A stretch of DNA of 64,000 nt from an uncultured Acidobacteriaceae bacterium (GTDB lineage Bacteria; Acidobacteriota; Terriglobia; Terriglobales; Acidobacteriaceae), in contig CAVTMX010000030.1 of assembly GCA_963735915.1 (NCBI GenBank), positions 187,501-251,500 of the forward strand, written 5' to 3'. Positions 51,793 through 61,084 of this stretch are shown here, piece after piece. The notes under the pieces were generated by a model. It did not search any database. It worked only from the letters and a program-made list of their open reading frames with translations, and was not told where the DNA came from. Numbering within the stretch: the first letter of the stretch is position 1; the number at the start of each line of letters is the position of its first letter. The position numbers and the translations under genes were made by a program.

Positions 51793-52599
51793 CTAAAACC
51801 CCATCAGGTTCGGCGTGATCTTCTTGTATCCGTGTTCGCTTGCCCACAGGTCCAGAGGCACTGTGGCCACTTCATCCACCAGCGGTACAGCCAGTCCGTC
51901 AACCGTCATGTCGATCGACTTCAAATAGAAGTGGCAGGTGTCGCACGCCTCAACGCGCACGGCGTCGAGCTCCTCGGCACTGTAGCGCGGCAGATGGCGA
52001 TGGTTCTCCTCGCCGCAAGCGGGACAAAGAATTCGCCGGAACTCCCACTCCGTCAGACACAGCGAGCACAGCAGAAAGCGCTTTCCGCCGTCGCCTTCAG
52101 GGCGCAGCACCGCGGCCTGCGGGCGGCTCTCGCACAGCGGACAAACTCTCTTATCGCCCGTGTACGGCGGCACGGGCGACGAGGCGGCAACCCGCTCGGC
52201 ATAAGGCTGTAAGAGCACGCGAGCGAAGAAAACGTGCTCGGAGGGCCCGCCGGCGACAAAGCTTTCGAGCATTGCAACGTTTAGTTCCGCAGATTCGCCG
52301 CGAATCGTATGCGCGTCCTCGGCCAGCTTTGCCGTGCCCCGCTCTTCGACAAGCGACAGCAATGCGGGCAGATGCCGGGCAGCATCGACGGCGTCGAGGC
52401 GGTCGCATAGCCGGCCTTCGCTGCTCGCGGGCGCCGCGGAAATTCCCTCGAAGATTCTCTGTTGCAGCTTCAGCACCTCGCCGTAGAAGGCGAGAATCTC
52501 CCGCGCGTATGCGAATCGGTCAGCCAGCGTGGCTGCTCGCTGCACGCGCTTCTCCCACTCCGATTTCCTCATTGTCGAAGCTTGCTCAGCGTAGGGCAT
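51793..52599 (-). CDS. fdhE: FdhE-family protein (formate dehydrogenase accessory, rubredoxin-like CxxC clusters)
   Basis: CPLCESRP...[22 protein letters not shown]...[15 protein letters not shown]...[12 protein letters not shown]. Confidence 0.75.
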   Translation of the reverse strand: MPYAEQASTMRKSEWEKRVQRAATLADRFAYAREILAFYGEVLKLQQRIFEGISAAPASSEGRLCDRLDAVDAARHLPALLSLVEERGTAKLAEDAHTIRGESAELNVAMLESFVAGGPSEHVFFARVLLQPYAERVAASSPVPPYTGDKRVCPLCESRPQAAVLRPEGDGGKRFLLCSLCLTEWEFRRILCPACGEENHRHLPRYSAEELDAVRVEACDTCHFYLKSIDMTVDGLAVPLVDEVATVPLDLWASEHGYKKITPNLMGF

Positions 52600-54256
52600 T
52601 GTTCACAATCTGCTGTGCCTCGGCGACAATCGCTTCCAGATGCGACTCGTCCTTGAAGCTCTCAGCGTAGATTTTATAGATGTTCTCGGTCCCCGAGGGC
52701 CGAGCGGCAAACCAACCGGTGGCGGCGACGACCTTCAGCCCGCCGATCGGGGCATCGTTGCCGGGCGCGCGCGTGAGCTTGGCAACGATGGGTTCACCGG
52801 TTAGTTCGCGCTCCTTCACCGCGTCGGGCGAGAGCTTGCCCAACTTCAACTTCTGCTCCGGCGTGGCGGGCGCATCGATGCGCGTGTAATACGGCATCCC
52901 GAATTCATTGGCCAGCGCGCGGAAGTGCTCGCCCGGATCTTTTCCGGTGCGCGCGGTTATCTCCGCCGCGAGCAGGTCCATGAGGATGCCGTCTTTGTCA
53001 GTAGTCCAAACCGTGGCATCGCGGCGCAGGAAACTCGCGCCGGCGCTCTCCTCGCCGCCGAAGCAACACGTGCCGTCGAACAGCCCGGGGGCAAACCACT
53101 TGAAGCCGACCGGCACCTCCCACAATGTATGACCAAGCTTTTTCACTACCCGATCGATCATGCTGCTACTGACGAGCGTCTTGCCGACGACCGCCTTCTG
53201 CGGCCAGCGCTCGCGATGCTGGAGCAGATACTGAATCGCAACCGCCAAGTAATGGTTCGGGTTCAGCAGCCCAGCCGAAGGAGTCACGATGCCGTGCCGG
53301 TCGGAGTCCGTATCATTGCCGAAGGCGACCTGGTACTTGTCCTTTAACTTCACCAAGCTGGCCATCGCATACCGGCTGGAGCAGTCCATGCGAATCTTGC
53401 CGTCATGGTCAACCGTCATGAACGAGAAGGTCGGATCGACTTTCTGGTTGACGATGTCGAGGTCCAGACCGTAAGCGGCCCTGATCGGCTCCCAGTACGG
53501 CAGCGACGCGCCACCCAGCGGATCGACCGCCAGCTTCAGCCCCGCCGCTCGAACTGCATCCAGGTCGATGACGTTGCTGAGATCGTCCACATACGGCGCA
53601 ATGAAATCGTGGGCGTGTGTGCTGCCAGCCTTGAGCGCAGCGTCACGCAAGACCCGTTTCACTCCGGCATTGTTTGCGCGCAGCAGTTCGTTGGCGCGGC
53701 CTTGGATCCAGCCGGTAACGTCGGTATCGGCCGGCCCGCCGTTGGTCGGGTTGTACTTGAAGCCGCCATCCTCCGGCGGGTTGTGCGAAGGCGTAATCAC
53801 AATTCCGTCAGCCAGGTGCTGCTTGCGCCCGCGGTTATAAGTCAGGATGGCGTGGGAGACGACCGGCGTCGGGGTGTAGCCGTCGTCCCGCTGAAGGAAC
53901 GTCTCAACCCCGTTGGCGGCCAGCACCTCGAGCGCGGTGATCTGCGCAGGCCCGGAAAGCGCGTGCGTGTCCTTGCCCATGTACAGCGGGCCGTCAACAC
54001 CCCGGTCGCGGCGATACTCGCAGATGGCCTGCGTGATCGCGAGGATGTGCGCTTCGGTGAACGTGCCGCGCAGCGACGATCCGCGATGCCCGCTGGTGCC
54101 GAAGGCGACCAGTTGGTTCGGGTCGCTCACGTCCGGACGAGTGTCGTAATACGCCTGCTCCAGTTGGGCAACGTCAACCAGCATCTCTTTCGGCGCGGGC
54201 TTGCCGGCGAGCGGCGACACCTGTTCCTGGGATTTGACCTCGGTGGCCATCGGCAC
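52586..54256 (-). CDS. pgm: Phosphoglucomutase (alpha-D-glucose phosphate-specific)
   Basis: [10 protein letters not shown] (phosphoserine loop), GNDTDSDRH (metal site), GGEESAG. Confidence 0.9.
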   Translation of the reverse strand: MPMATEVKSQEQVSPLAGKPAPKEMLVDVAQLEQAYYDTRPDVSDPNQLVAFGTSGHRGSSLRGTFTEAHILAITQAICEYRRDRGVDGPLYMGKDTHALSGPAQITALEVLAANGVETFLQRDDGYTPTPVVSHAILTYNRGRKQHLADGIVITPSHNPPEDGGFKYNPTNGGPADTDVTGWIQGRANELLRANNAGVKRVLRDAALKAGSTHAHDFIAPYVDDLSNVIDLDAVRAAGLKLAVDPLGGASLPYWEPIRAAYGLDLDIVNQKVDPTFSFMTVDHDGKIRMDCSSRYAMASLVKLKDKYQVAFGNDTDSDRHGIVTPSAGLLNPNHYLAVAIQYLLQHRERWPQKAVVGKTLVSSSMIDRVVKKLGHTLWEVPVGFKWFAPGLFDGTCCFGGEESAGASFLRRDATVWTTDKDGILMDLLAAEITARTGKDPGEHFRALANEFGMPYYTRIDAPATPEQKLKLGKLSPDAVKERELTGEPIVAKLTRAPGNDAPIGGLKVVAATGWFAARPSGTENIYKIYAESFKDESHLEAIVAEAQQIVNNALR

Positions 54257-54383
54257 TTCCTGTTCGGAGGAAATCGCGAAGAACCATTAGATGCACCGGT
54301 CGGCGGGTACGTCAACCGATCTTGAGGACGAGCTGCTTGTCAAAGCAACGGAGCGTGCGCCTGCGAGAGCTGTAATCGCCAAA

Positions 54384-54413
54384 TTGACCGCAACCATTTG
54401 CGAACCATAGAAT
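54384..54413 (+). promoter_or_regulatory. Candidate sigma70 promoter (TTGACC-N18-TAGAAT) upstream of the FmdB-like gene
   Basis: TTGACC at 54384-54389 and TAGAAT at 54408-54413, 30 nt before GTG 54443. Confidence 0.35.
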
Positions 54414-54442
54414 CCATTTGTTTAGAACGGCGGTGAACCGCG

Positions 54443-54772
54443 GTGCCTCTCTACGAATACCAGTGCAAGAAATGCCATAGCCTGACCGAGCGGATCCAGA
54501 AATTTTCCGATCCGCCGCTGACCAGCTGCCCCCATTGCGGAGGCGAGCTGGAACAACTTCTTTCGGCGCCGGCCGTCCAATTCAAGGGTTCGGGCTGGTA
54601 CGTCACCGATTACGCGCGCAAGTCGGGCAAGAGCGCACCGAGCGGAAATGGCGCCGGGTCAGCCGGCGCTTCGGAGTCGAAGTCCGGAGAGTCGAAGTCA
54701 CGCGAAGGCCACGGGACAAGTTCGACCGGTGGGGAGAAGAGCGGCGGAGCCGAAGAAAAGGCGAATAAATAG
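54443..54772 (+). CDS. FmdB-family zinc-ribbon protein (CxxC_CxxC_SSSS)
   Basis: (M)PLYEYQCKKCHSLTERIQKFSDPPLTSCPHCGG, then a low-complexity G/S/K/E tail. Confidence 0.8.
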   Translation: MPLYEYQCKKCHSLTERIQKFSDPPLTSCPHCGGELEQLLSAPAVQFKGSGWYVTDYARKSGKSAPSGNGAGSAGASESKSGESKSREGHGTSSTGGEKSGGAEEKANK

Positions 54773-54788
54773 CCCCCCCCCCCCCCCC
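54773..54788. repeat. Homopolymeric C16 tract immediately after a stop codon
   Basis: Counted directly: 16 consecutive C, from 54773 to 54788. Confidence 0.95.
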
Positions 54789-54835
54789 ACTGTGTCAGAT
54801 TTGACACGGTGTGTTCAGTGCTGACACAGTGGGGG
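54784..54835 (+). terminator. 15-bp perfect hairpin using the last five Cs of the C16 tract (terminator-like, no U tract)
   Basis: cccccactgtgtcag (54784-54798) pairs with ctgacacagtggggg (54821-54835); 22-nt loop. Confidence 0.35.
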
Positions 54836-55042
54836 CCCGAGTGGGACTTCCCATCGGCATCAGCGGGTTCGCCGTGACTTATGTGCGGCTCGAAGCCTCG
54901 GCGCTCGGGCGTCACAACGCTCTGTGACGCCCGTCGCCAGTGAACCGGCATCGAACCAGTAGAATTTAATCGTTCGAACACTCGTTCGCACCCGGCTTCT
55001 TCAAAATTCATACCGTTCGTTTCCGACAGGAGGTACGCGGTC

Positions 55043-56353
55043 ATGCCGAAGGACGCTTTGACCATCACCGATCAACGCACCACTCAAACCTACGAAGCAC
55101 CCATCGAGCACGAAACCATTCGTGCGATGGACCTGCGCAAGATCAAGACCAAGCCCGACGAGTTCGGGATCATGACCTACGATCCTGCGTTCATGAACAC
55201 CGCATTCTGCAAGAGCAGCATCACCTTCATCGACGGCGACAAAGGCATCCTTCGCTACCGCGGTTACGACATCGAAACCCTGGCCGAGCACTGCACGTAC
55301 CTCCAGGTCGCGTACCTGCTCCTCTATGGCGAGCTGCCGACTCCGCAGCAGGAGAAGGACTGGGTGTGGGAGATTACGCACCACACCATGCTGCATGAGA
55401 GCACCAAGCACTTCATCGACGGTTTCCGCTACGACGCGCACCCCATGGGCATCCTGGTGAGCACGCTGGCGGCGCTGTCAACGGTCTATCCGGAGGCCAA
55501 AAACATTCACGATCCGGAAAACCGGCAGAAGCAGATTGTCCGCCTGATCGCCAAAATGGCCACCCTGGCGGCGTACGCATACCGCCACCGCCGCGGGTAT
55601 CCGTACGTGCACCCCGACAATGACCTCACCTATCCCGAAAACTTCATGAACATGCTGTGGAAGATGACGGAGCCGAAGTACGCGGCCAGCCCGGTGATCG
55701 CACGCGCGCTGGACGTGCTCTTCATCCTCCACGCCGACCATGAACAGAACTGCAGCTCAACCACCATGCGCGTCATCGGCAGCGCGCAGACTGATCCGTA
55801 TCTCTCCATGGCGGGCGCGGCTTCCGCCCTCGCCGGCCCGCTGCACGGCGGCGCCAACGAGGAAGTGCTGCGCATGCTGGACGAGATCGGCTCGGTGAAG
55901 AACATCCCGAACTACATCAAGCGGGTCAAGGCTGGCGAGATCAAGCTGATGGGATTCGGGCACCGCGTCTACAAGAACTACGATCCGCGCGCCCGCATCA
56001 TCAAAGCGGTCGCCAACGAGGTGTTCGAGGTGACCGGTCGCAACGAGCGGCTCGACACCGCCCTGGAGCTCGAGCGCATCGCGCTACAGGACGATTACTT
56101 CGTCACCCGCAAGCTCTACCCGAACGTCGACTTCTACTCGGGCATCATCTATCAGGCCATGGGCTTCCAGCCGGAGATGTTCACTGTGCTGTTCGCGATT
56201 CCGCGCGCGGCCGGCTGGCTGGCGCAGTGGAACGAGATGGTGCAGGACCCGGAGCAGAAGATCGCGCGTCCGCGGCAGATCTATACCGGCATCGACCGCC
56301 GCGCGTTCCCGACGGCACAGCAGGAAGAGAAGACCGCGGTAAAAGTCGGGTAA
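55043..56353 (+). CDS. gltA: Citrate synthase (type II, hexameric-type)
   Basis: ...ITFIDGDKGILRYRGY..., LHADHEQNCSSTT, GFGHRVYKNYDPRA. Confidence 0.95.
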   Translation: MPKDALTITDQRTTQTYEAPIEHETIRAMDLRKIKTKPDEFGIMTYDPAFMNTAFCKSSITFIDGDKGILRYRGYDIETLAEHCTYLQVAYLLLYGELPTPQQEKDWVWEITHHTMLHESTKHFIDGFRYDAHPMGILVSTLAALSTVYPEAKNIHDPENRQKQIVRLIAKMATLAAYAYRHRRGYPYVHPDNDLTYPENFMNMLWKMTEPKYAASPVIARALDVLFILHADHEQNCSSTTMRVIGSAQTDPYLSMAGAASALAGPLHGGANEEVLRMLDEIGSVKNIPNYIKRVKAGEIKLMGFGHRVYKNYDPRARIIKAVANEVFEVTGRNERLDTALELERIALQDDYFVTRKLYPNVDFYSGIIYQAMGFQPEMFTVLFAIPRAAGWLAQWNEMVQDPEQKIARPRQIYTGIDRRAFPTAQQEEKTAVKVG

Positions 56354-56425
56354 TTGTGACTCGGCTGAATAGACAAAGAGCGGACCTTCAGGTTCGCTCT
56401 TTTGTTTTGGAATGCAAGCAGGGAT

Positions 56426-56629
56426 TCACCACGCCCGCCTTGGCCCGCGCAGGATTCGCGCCGGCAGGAAGATGATGGCTTTCACCAGCTCCAGCACTCC
56501 CTCCACCGCAATCCCCAGGATCCTGAACGGCAGGAGAATCAGCCAGATGATTGGGTAGAGCACCAGGAACAACAAGGCCAGCGGCCAGCAGAAGAAAAGA
56601 AGCACAAGCCAAAGTAAAAAAGCGAGCAT
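56426..56629 (-). CDS. Small hydrophobic membrane protein (67 aa)
   Basis: MLAFLLWLVLLFFCWPLALLFLVLYPIIWLILLPFRILGIAVEG... gives two predicted TM helices. Internal Met of ORF 56426-56722. Confidence 0.4.
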   Translation of the reverse strand: MLAFLLWLVLLFFCWPLALLFLVLYPIIWLILLPFRILGIAVEGVLELVKAIIFLPARILRGPRRAW

Positions 56630-56799
56630 AGCGCCACCTGAATCAATGCTACGCGCGCTCGAACAGTAAAGTTCCCTCATCCTGAAGTCATCCTTTCGCG
56701 CTTTCCCGTTTCGGCTTGCCACTGCCGGGTCCGTTCCCGCCGCGACAGCGCGTTCTCAAGGGTAAGAGGTACTATGGGGGACACACAGCGGAGGATCCC

Positions 56800-59136
56800 A
56801 TGGTTCGTGAAGATATTCTCCAGCAATTTCCAGAGTTGTTTGGCGACAAGAGGGTCAACGGCCGAATCGTCAATGTCGAAGAGGCGATTGCGACGCTGAC
56901 TCGCGAGCTGCGTCCGGCCATTGCCGAGGCCCTGAGCGCCCGCCGGGCCCTGCTCGAGAGCTTCGAGCCGGTGCGCAGCAAGTATGCCTGGCCACAGTGG
57001 GACGAGTCGTTCGTAGACCCGCTCACTGGACGCCGCTGGACGTTCCGCCAGATCGTCGAGGGCATGATCGACAACTTCCAGGATAGCCAGAGCGAAAACC
57101 GCTGGCGCCTCAACGATGACGTGCCCATCCCTGTCGACGTGCATCCACTGCAAAACCCCGGGCTGGAGCTCACCGGGCCGTGGCATCCGCTGGACATGGC
57201 CTTCAACGCCCTCAACAGCGCCGCGCCCATGAACATGCCGGACTTCGAAGACGCCTCGCCCTCGCACTTCCGGCCCGAGGGCGCGGCCGCCGGCCAGCCG
57301 GTTGGGGCCTTTGCCGCCCTCCAGAACGCGAAGGAAATCTTCGAAGGCCGCTGGGACGGTAAGCCGTACGAGGTTGTAAAAAAGGGCGGCACGCGCTCCT
57401 ACCAAATCAACTCGCAGCCGCAGAAGTGGCCGACGCGCCTGGTTCGGCCGCCCAGCATCCACGTGCTCTATGAGCACATTGCGGTCGATGATGCACCTGT
57501 CCCTGGGCTGGTTGCGGTGGTCGTTCTCTGGGTCTTGAACAGCTTTGACGCACTGAAACGAGCCGGCACCGGCGTCTATTTCTACATCCCCAAGATGCAG
57601 ACGCCGCGCGAAGCGCTCATTGTTGAGAAGCTGCTGGCGCGGGTGGAAGAGATGATTGATGTTCCCGCCGGCACGTTCAAGATCAAGGTCCTGTATGAAG
57701 AGGGCAACGGCGGCCGATACCTGCCGGCCATTGCCTGGGCCCTCCGGCGGCGGCTGCTGGGGACCAACGTGGGCCGCTGGGACTATCTCGGCAGCCTGAT
57801 CGAGATGTGGAAAGACGACCCGAACGGTGTCTTCCCTGACCCGCAGAGCATAGGCATGGCATCGCCCAATATGATCGCCTACCAGCGCTATAACGCGCTG
57901 GTGATGCTCATGGCCGGCATGAAGCATCGCCAACTGACGCAGGGCGCACCCATCGGCGGTATGGCGGCAGTGATGATCTATCAGCAAAGCGACGCTTACG
58001 GCCGCTCGCGCTACAACCCGGTCGCGATGCGCGCGATCGTGGTGGACAAGCTTCGCGAGCGCCTGCTGGGACTGATGTTCGTGCCCGACGAAGCGATCGC
58101 CGCCAACCAGCAGGTCACGCTCGACGATATTTTCGCCGGACGCACCAAGGGACGGCTCTACGACGCCTATCGCCAGAGCTGGGTCGCGAGTCCCGAGCCG
58201 GCGTATGTGGCTGCGGGCAATGCTCCACTGCGAGTACCGGTTGCGCGGTTGCAGGCGATGCTGGATGCGCCCCGCGCCACCGTCGACGCAAACGGCAAAG
58301 ACGTACCCACGGTCGAGAGCGGACTGGCCGACTCGGAGCGGGCACTGCTCCAATCGCGCGGCTTGCTGAACCCTGCCGGCAAGGTCACTCCGGCCATCGT
58401 CAGCCGGCAAGCGCTGGACACTCCCGACAGGTTCTTAGCCCGCGAGCTGTGGGAAGCCATTTACAGTGTCCCCCAGGGTGACATCACCATGGAGCACATC
58501 CAGCATGCGTTTTACATGGCGGCAAACTATGGCTTCCAGATCCTGAACGGCAACTTCGCTGCGGCCATCGACGACTACGAACTCAAGCAGCGCTTCATGA
58601 ACGATCTCGCCACCTATCGCATTGATGTTGCCTGGCTATGGACGCTGGTGCAGCACCAGGCGGTGATCACGAAAACCGGCCATTTCCAGCGCTCGGCGCT
58701 TAGTGAAGACGGTGTTGTGCTGGCGCCGAGCACCGAGGAAGTGAGTGCGGGGACCCGCTTCACGCCGGAGCTGTTCCAGAAGGTGTGGGAGTATCACAAT
58801 GAATGGACGGCGGAATTCTTCGCGGAACTGGACCGGCGCGGCGACCCGGGGCGCTTCGACCGCAGCAAAGCGCCGGTGATTATGGAGTTGCTGAAGCGGC
58901 AACTGCTCTCGCCGCGATACCTTCAGCACAGCGCGCGCGTGCTGTTCGTGCTGGCCGCGGCCGGAAGTGAAGAGCGCGAGCAAATTCTGGAGGCGATCTT
59001 CGACCTCTCGCGCGACCATCTCGTTGAGCGGGTCAACGAAGGCGCCATGCAGCCCGGCGCCTTGGCTGCTCATGATTATGTCCATGACATTCCGCCCACC
59101 GGCGGGGAGCAGCGCGCGATGTCTACTCCAAGCTGA
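56800..59136 (+). CDS. Divergent, long (about 778 aa) malate-synthase-superfamily protein
   Basis: Collinear with AceB motifs: LELTGPWHPLDMAFNALNSAAPMNMPDFEDASPS, GVYFYIPKMQTPREA, KIKVLYEEGN, GTNVGRWDYLGS, PIGGMAAVM, FMNDLATYRI (Asp position retained). About 250 extra residues relative to MSA. Confidence 0.65.
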   Translation: MVREDILQQFPELFGDKRVNGRIVNVEEAIATLTRELRPAIAEALSARRALLESFEPVRSKYAWPQWDESFVDPLTGRRWTFRQIVEGMIDNFQDSQSENRWRLNDDVPIPVDVHPLQNPGLELTGPWHPLDMAFNALNSAAPMNMPDFEDASPSHFRPEGAAAGQPVGAFAALQNAKEIFEGRWDGKPYEVVKKGGTRSYQINSQPQKWPTRLVRPPSIHVLYEHIAVDDAPVPGLVAVVVLWVLNSFDALKRAGTGVYFYIPKMQTPREALIVEKLLARVEEMIDVPAGTFKIKVLYEEGNGGRYLPAIAWALRRRLLGTNVGRWDYLGSLIEMWKDDPNGVFPDPQSIGMASPNMIAYQRYNALVMLMAGMKHRQLTQGAPIGGMAAVMIYQQSDAYGRSRYNPVAMRAIVVDKLRERLLGLMFVPDEAIAANQQVTLDDIFAGRTKGRLYDAYRQSWVASPEPAYVAAGNAPLRVPVARLQAMLDAPRATVDANGKDVPTVESGLADSERALLQSRGLLNPAGKVTPAIVSRQALDTPDRFLARELWEAIYSVPQGDITMEHIQHAFYMAANYGFQILNGNFAAAIDDYELKQRFMNDLATYRIDVAWLWTLVQHQAVITKTGHFQRSALSEDGVVLAPSTEEVSAGTRFTPELFQKVWEYHNEWTAEFFAELDRRGDPGRFDRSKAPVIMELLKRQLLSPRYLQHSARVLFVLAAAGSEEREQILEAIFDLSRDHLVERVNEGAMQPGALAAHDYVHDIPPTGGEQRAMSTPS

Positions 59137-59307
59137 TGCGCGGAACTTGACCGGGAGAACGGCGACGGCGCTGATCGAAGCAGGATGCCGGCATGTTTTC
59201 CTGTTCACGCGTCACATATTGCAGGCGCCCGGCTCTATTAACATGTAGGGTGAAGGCGCCCATCAGGCGCTTAATCCAAATGAGCAGCGTATTCTCAGGG
59301 TGCGAAG

Positions 59308-59559
59308 ATGTCTGAACCGACTTACGACGAACTGAAGGCCAAGCTGGCGGAACTGGAGAAGCAAGTCCAAGGACGCAAGCGCGGCGTCATCGATTTCAAG
59401 GTCAGCGAGAAGGGCGGGGTGAGCGTTTACGGTTTGGGGCGCTTCCCAGTGACTTTGTATTACGAGCAATGGGTGCGGCTGCTGGACCACGCCGAGCAGA
59501 TCAGGGGCTTCCTGGAGGAAAACAAGAGCCGCCTCAAGATGAAGGGTGGGGACAGCTAG
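59308..59559 (+). CDS. Hypothetical small protein (83 aa): N-terminal coiled-coil plus conserved-looking core
   Basis: MSEPTYDELKAKLAELEKQVQ...FKVSEKGGVSVYGLGRFPVTLYYEQWVRLLD... Clean ATG-initiated ORF in a spacer. Confidence 0.45.
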   Translation: MSEPTYDELKAKLAELEKQVQGRKRGVIDFKVSEKGGVSVYGLGRFPVTLYYEQWVRLLDHAEQIRGFLEENKSRLKMKGGDS

Positions 59560-59570
59560 GGAACGATTTT

Positions 59571-59700
59571 CGGTGAAAGGGCACGGCTTCAGCCGTGCCG
59601 AAAGGGCCCGGATGGAACCGTGCTTTAGCCGCGGCGAGCCGGGGCTAAAGCCACCATCAATGGCCCATTGTTTCGCCGGGCTGAAGCCCGGCGCTCCACC
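59571..59700. repeat. Dispersed ~115-130-bp hairpin-repeat unit (copy 1)
   Basis: ggcacggc-ttca-gccgtgcc (59580-59599), gctttagc, ggctaaagcc, ccgggc-tgaa-gcccgg (59676-59691). Roughly 80% identical by eye to 63498-63612. Confidence 0.8.
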
Positions 59701-59713
59701 CCTGTCGAGCGCC

Positions 59714-60739
59714 TTACTGCGGAGCCGCTGCCGTGGCCTGAGTGGCGCCCTGGATCCTGGCGATGTCGGCGCGGACATGGTCGGCGCGCGGTCCCTTGGG
59801 CTCCTCCTTAAGGAACAGTTGAAACTCCGCCAGCGCCGGTTGTTGCTTGTTCTGTTGCTGATACGCACGGGCCGCGATGTAATGTACGAAGGACGCGTGC
59901 TCACGCGAAGATGTGTGTGCCTTGTCGGCGGTGGCGATGGCCGCGTCGAAGTGGCGGAGCATGTACTGCGAATCGGCAAGCAGTAAGAGGCTCTCGGGAT
60001 TGTCCGGATCCTGCGCGGCCGCCTTCTCCAGCAGCGTCTCCGCCTGGGGAAAGTTTTTCTGCCGGATAGACAACTTGGCGTAATTCAGCAACGCGGGCGC
60101 GAAGTGTTCGTCCAGACTGACCGCCTTCTTTAATGCCTGCTCCTCGTTGGCTACGTCGTCCGTCTTGGCGTAGAGCACCGCCAGGTTGTTGTAGGCGGTA
60201 ACGTAGTTAGGATCGAGGGCGAGCGCCTTGTCGAGGTGCTCTTTGGCCTTCTTCCAGTCGCGCAGCGCCATCGACTCATTGGCTTTGTCGAGCTCCTTGC
60301 GCGCCTTATCGGGAACATTGAGGTCGGCCGCCGACACCGTTCCAGAATGTCCCGATACAGGGGTGGGACCGGCGTCCTCGGCGCTCTTGCGCACCACGAC
60401 GTACTCCGCCTGGCTCATCTTGCGGTTGTCAACTTCGAAGGTCTCGCTGTCGGTGGTCTGAATGCCCTCGCCGCTGATCTGCACGTGATAGTCGCCGAGG
60501 GGAACGGCCACAAACCGGGCCTCGCCGCGATCGTCGGTGTAAGTTGTACTCACGACACTGGCGCTGGAACCCTGCATCAACCGCACCAGCAGATACGGCC
60601 CCGCGCCGCGATCGTTGTCCAGGGTCACATGGATATGCACGTTGCCCACATTCATGCCAACGCCGCCCCCGCGCAGCTGGGCTTGCACATTGATGAGGAG
60701 AAGAGGAAGGACGAGGGGAGCGAGCCAACGGTACTGCAT
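59714..60739 (-). CDS. Secreted TPR-repeat protein with N-terminal CarboxypepD_reg-like beta-sandwich
   Basis: Signal peptide MQYRWLAPLVLPLLLINVQAQ; ...DDRGEARFVAVPLGDYHVQISG...; TPR helices ...ALALDPNYVTAYNNLAVLYAK... Confidence 0.75.
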   Translation of the reverse strand: MQYRWLAPLVLPLLLINVQAQLRGGGVGMNVGNVHIHVTLDNDRGAGPYLLVRLMQGSSASVVSTTYTDDRGEARFVAVPLGDYHVQISGEGIQTTDSETFEVDNRKMSQAEYVVVRKSAEDAGPTPVSGHSGTVSAADLNVPDKARKELDKANESMALRDWKKAKEHLDKALALDPNYVTAYNNLAVLYAKTDDVANEEQALKKAVSLDEHFAPALLNYAKLSIRQKNFPQAETLLEKAAAQDPDNPESLLLLADSQYMLRHFDAAIATADKAHTSSREHASFVHYIAARAYQQQNKQQPALAEFQLFLKEEPKGPRADHVRADIARIQGATQATAAAPQ

Positions 60740-61084
60740 TGTAGCCTCCTCGAGATGCGCTCACCGGAGAAGCGATCTCGAATCGGGCCAAGCGAGCGGA
60801 GCTTCGAAAAATGGCCCGACGAAGCAGGCAGACCGCGGTGGCCGGCGGGAACAGTGCGAGCGGTCACCCCAACGATCCGCTCATTGCTGCGCCTGATTCT
60901 ATACCTGCGTCAAGGGGCCAAACGAGGAAAGATGTGAAATTATTGTCACCAGAGCTGGACAGCCTGGGCTCCGGGTGAAACGACCGTATAGGCCGGCGCA
61001 ACTGTCGCCGGCCGGGACTCGTGCAAGAATTAGCTTTCATCGCCCGCTGGGCCCGACCAGCGGGGGAGCCGGAAGGACGCAATC

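Noticed and set aside
54907-54932. 10-bp hairpin (gggcgtcaca / tgtgacgccc) and a TAGAAT about 80 nt upstream of gltA, as a possible regulatory element
   Set aside because: There is no matching -35 and no recognisable operator or riboswitch consensus. Evidence is insufficient to call a feature.
56677-58410. 577-aa ORF on the minus strand
   Set aside because: Shadow ORF opposite the malate-synthase-like gene. No motifs, and Arg/Ala/Gly-rich.
60740-61084. 345-nt spacer before the aminotransferase gene, with two GC hairpins (about 60991-61013 and 61041-61066), as a possible riboswitch or leader
   Set aside because: I could not match it to any riboswitch consensus by eye. The hairpins resemble the generic GC-rich palindromes found throughout the window.
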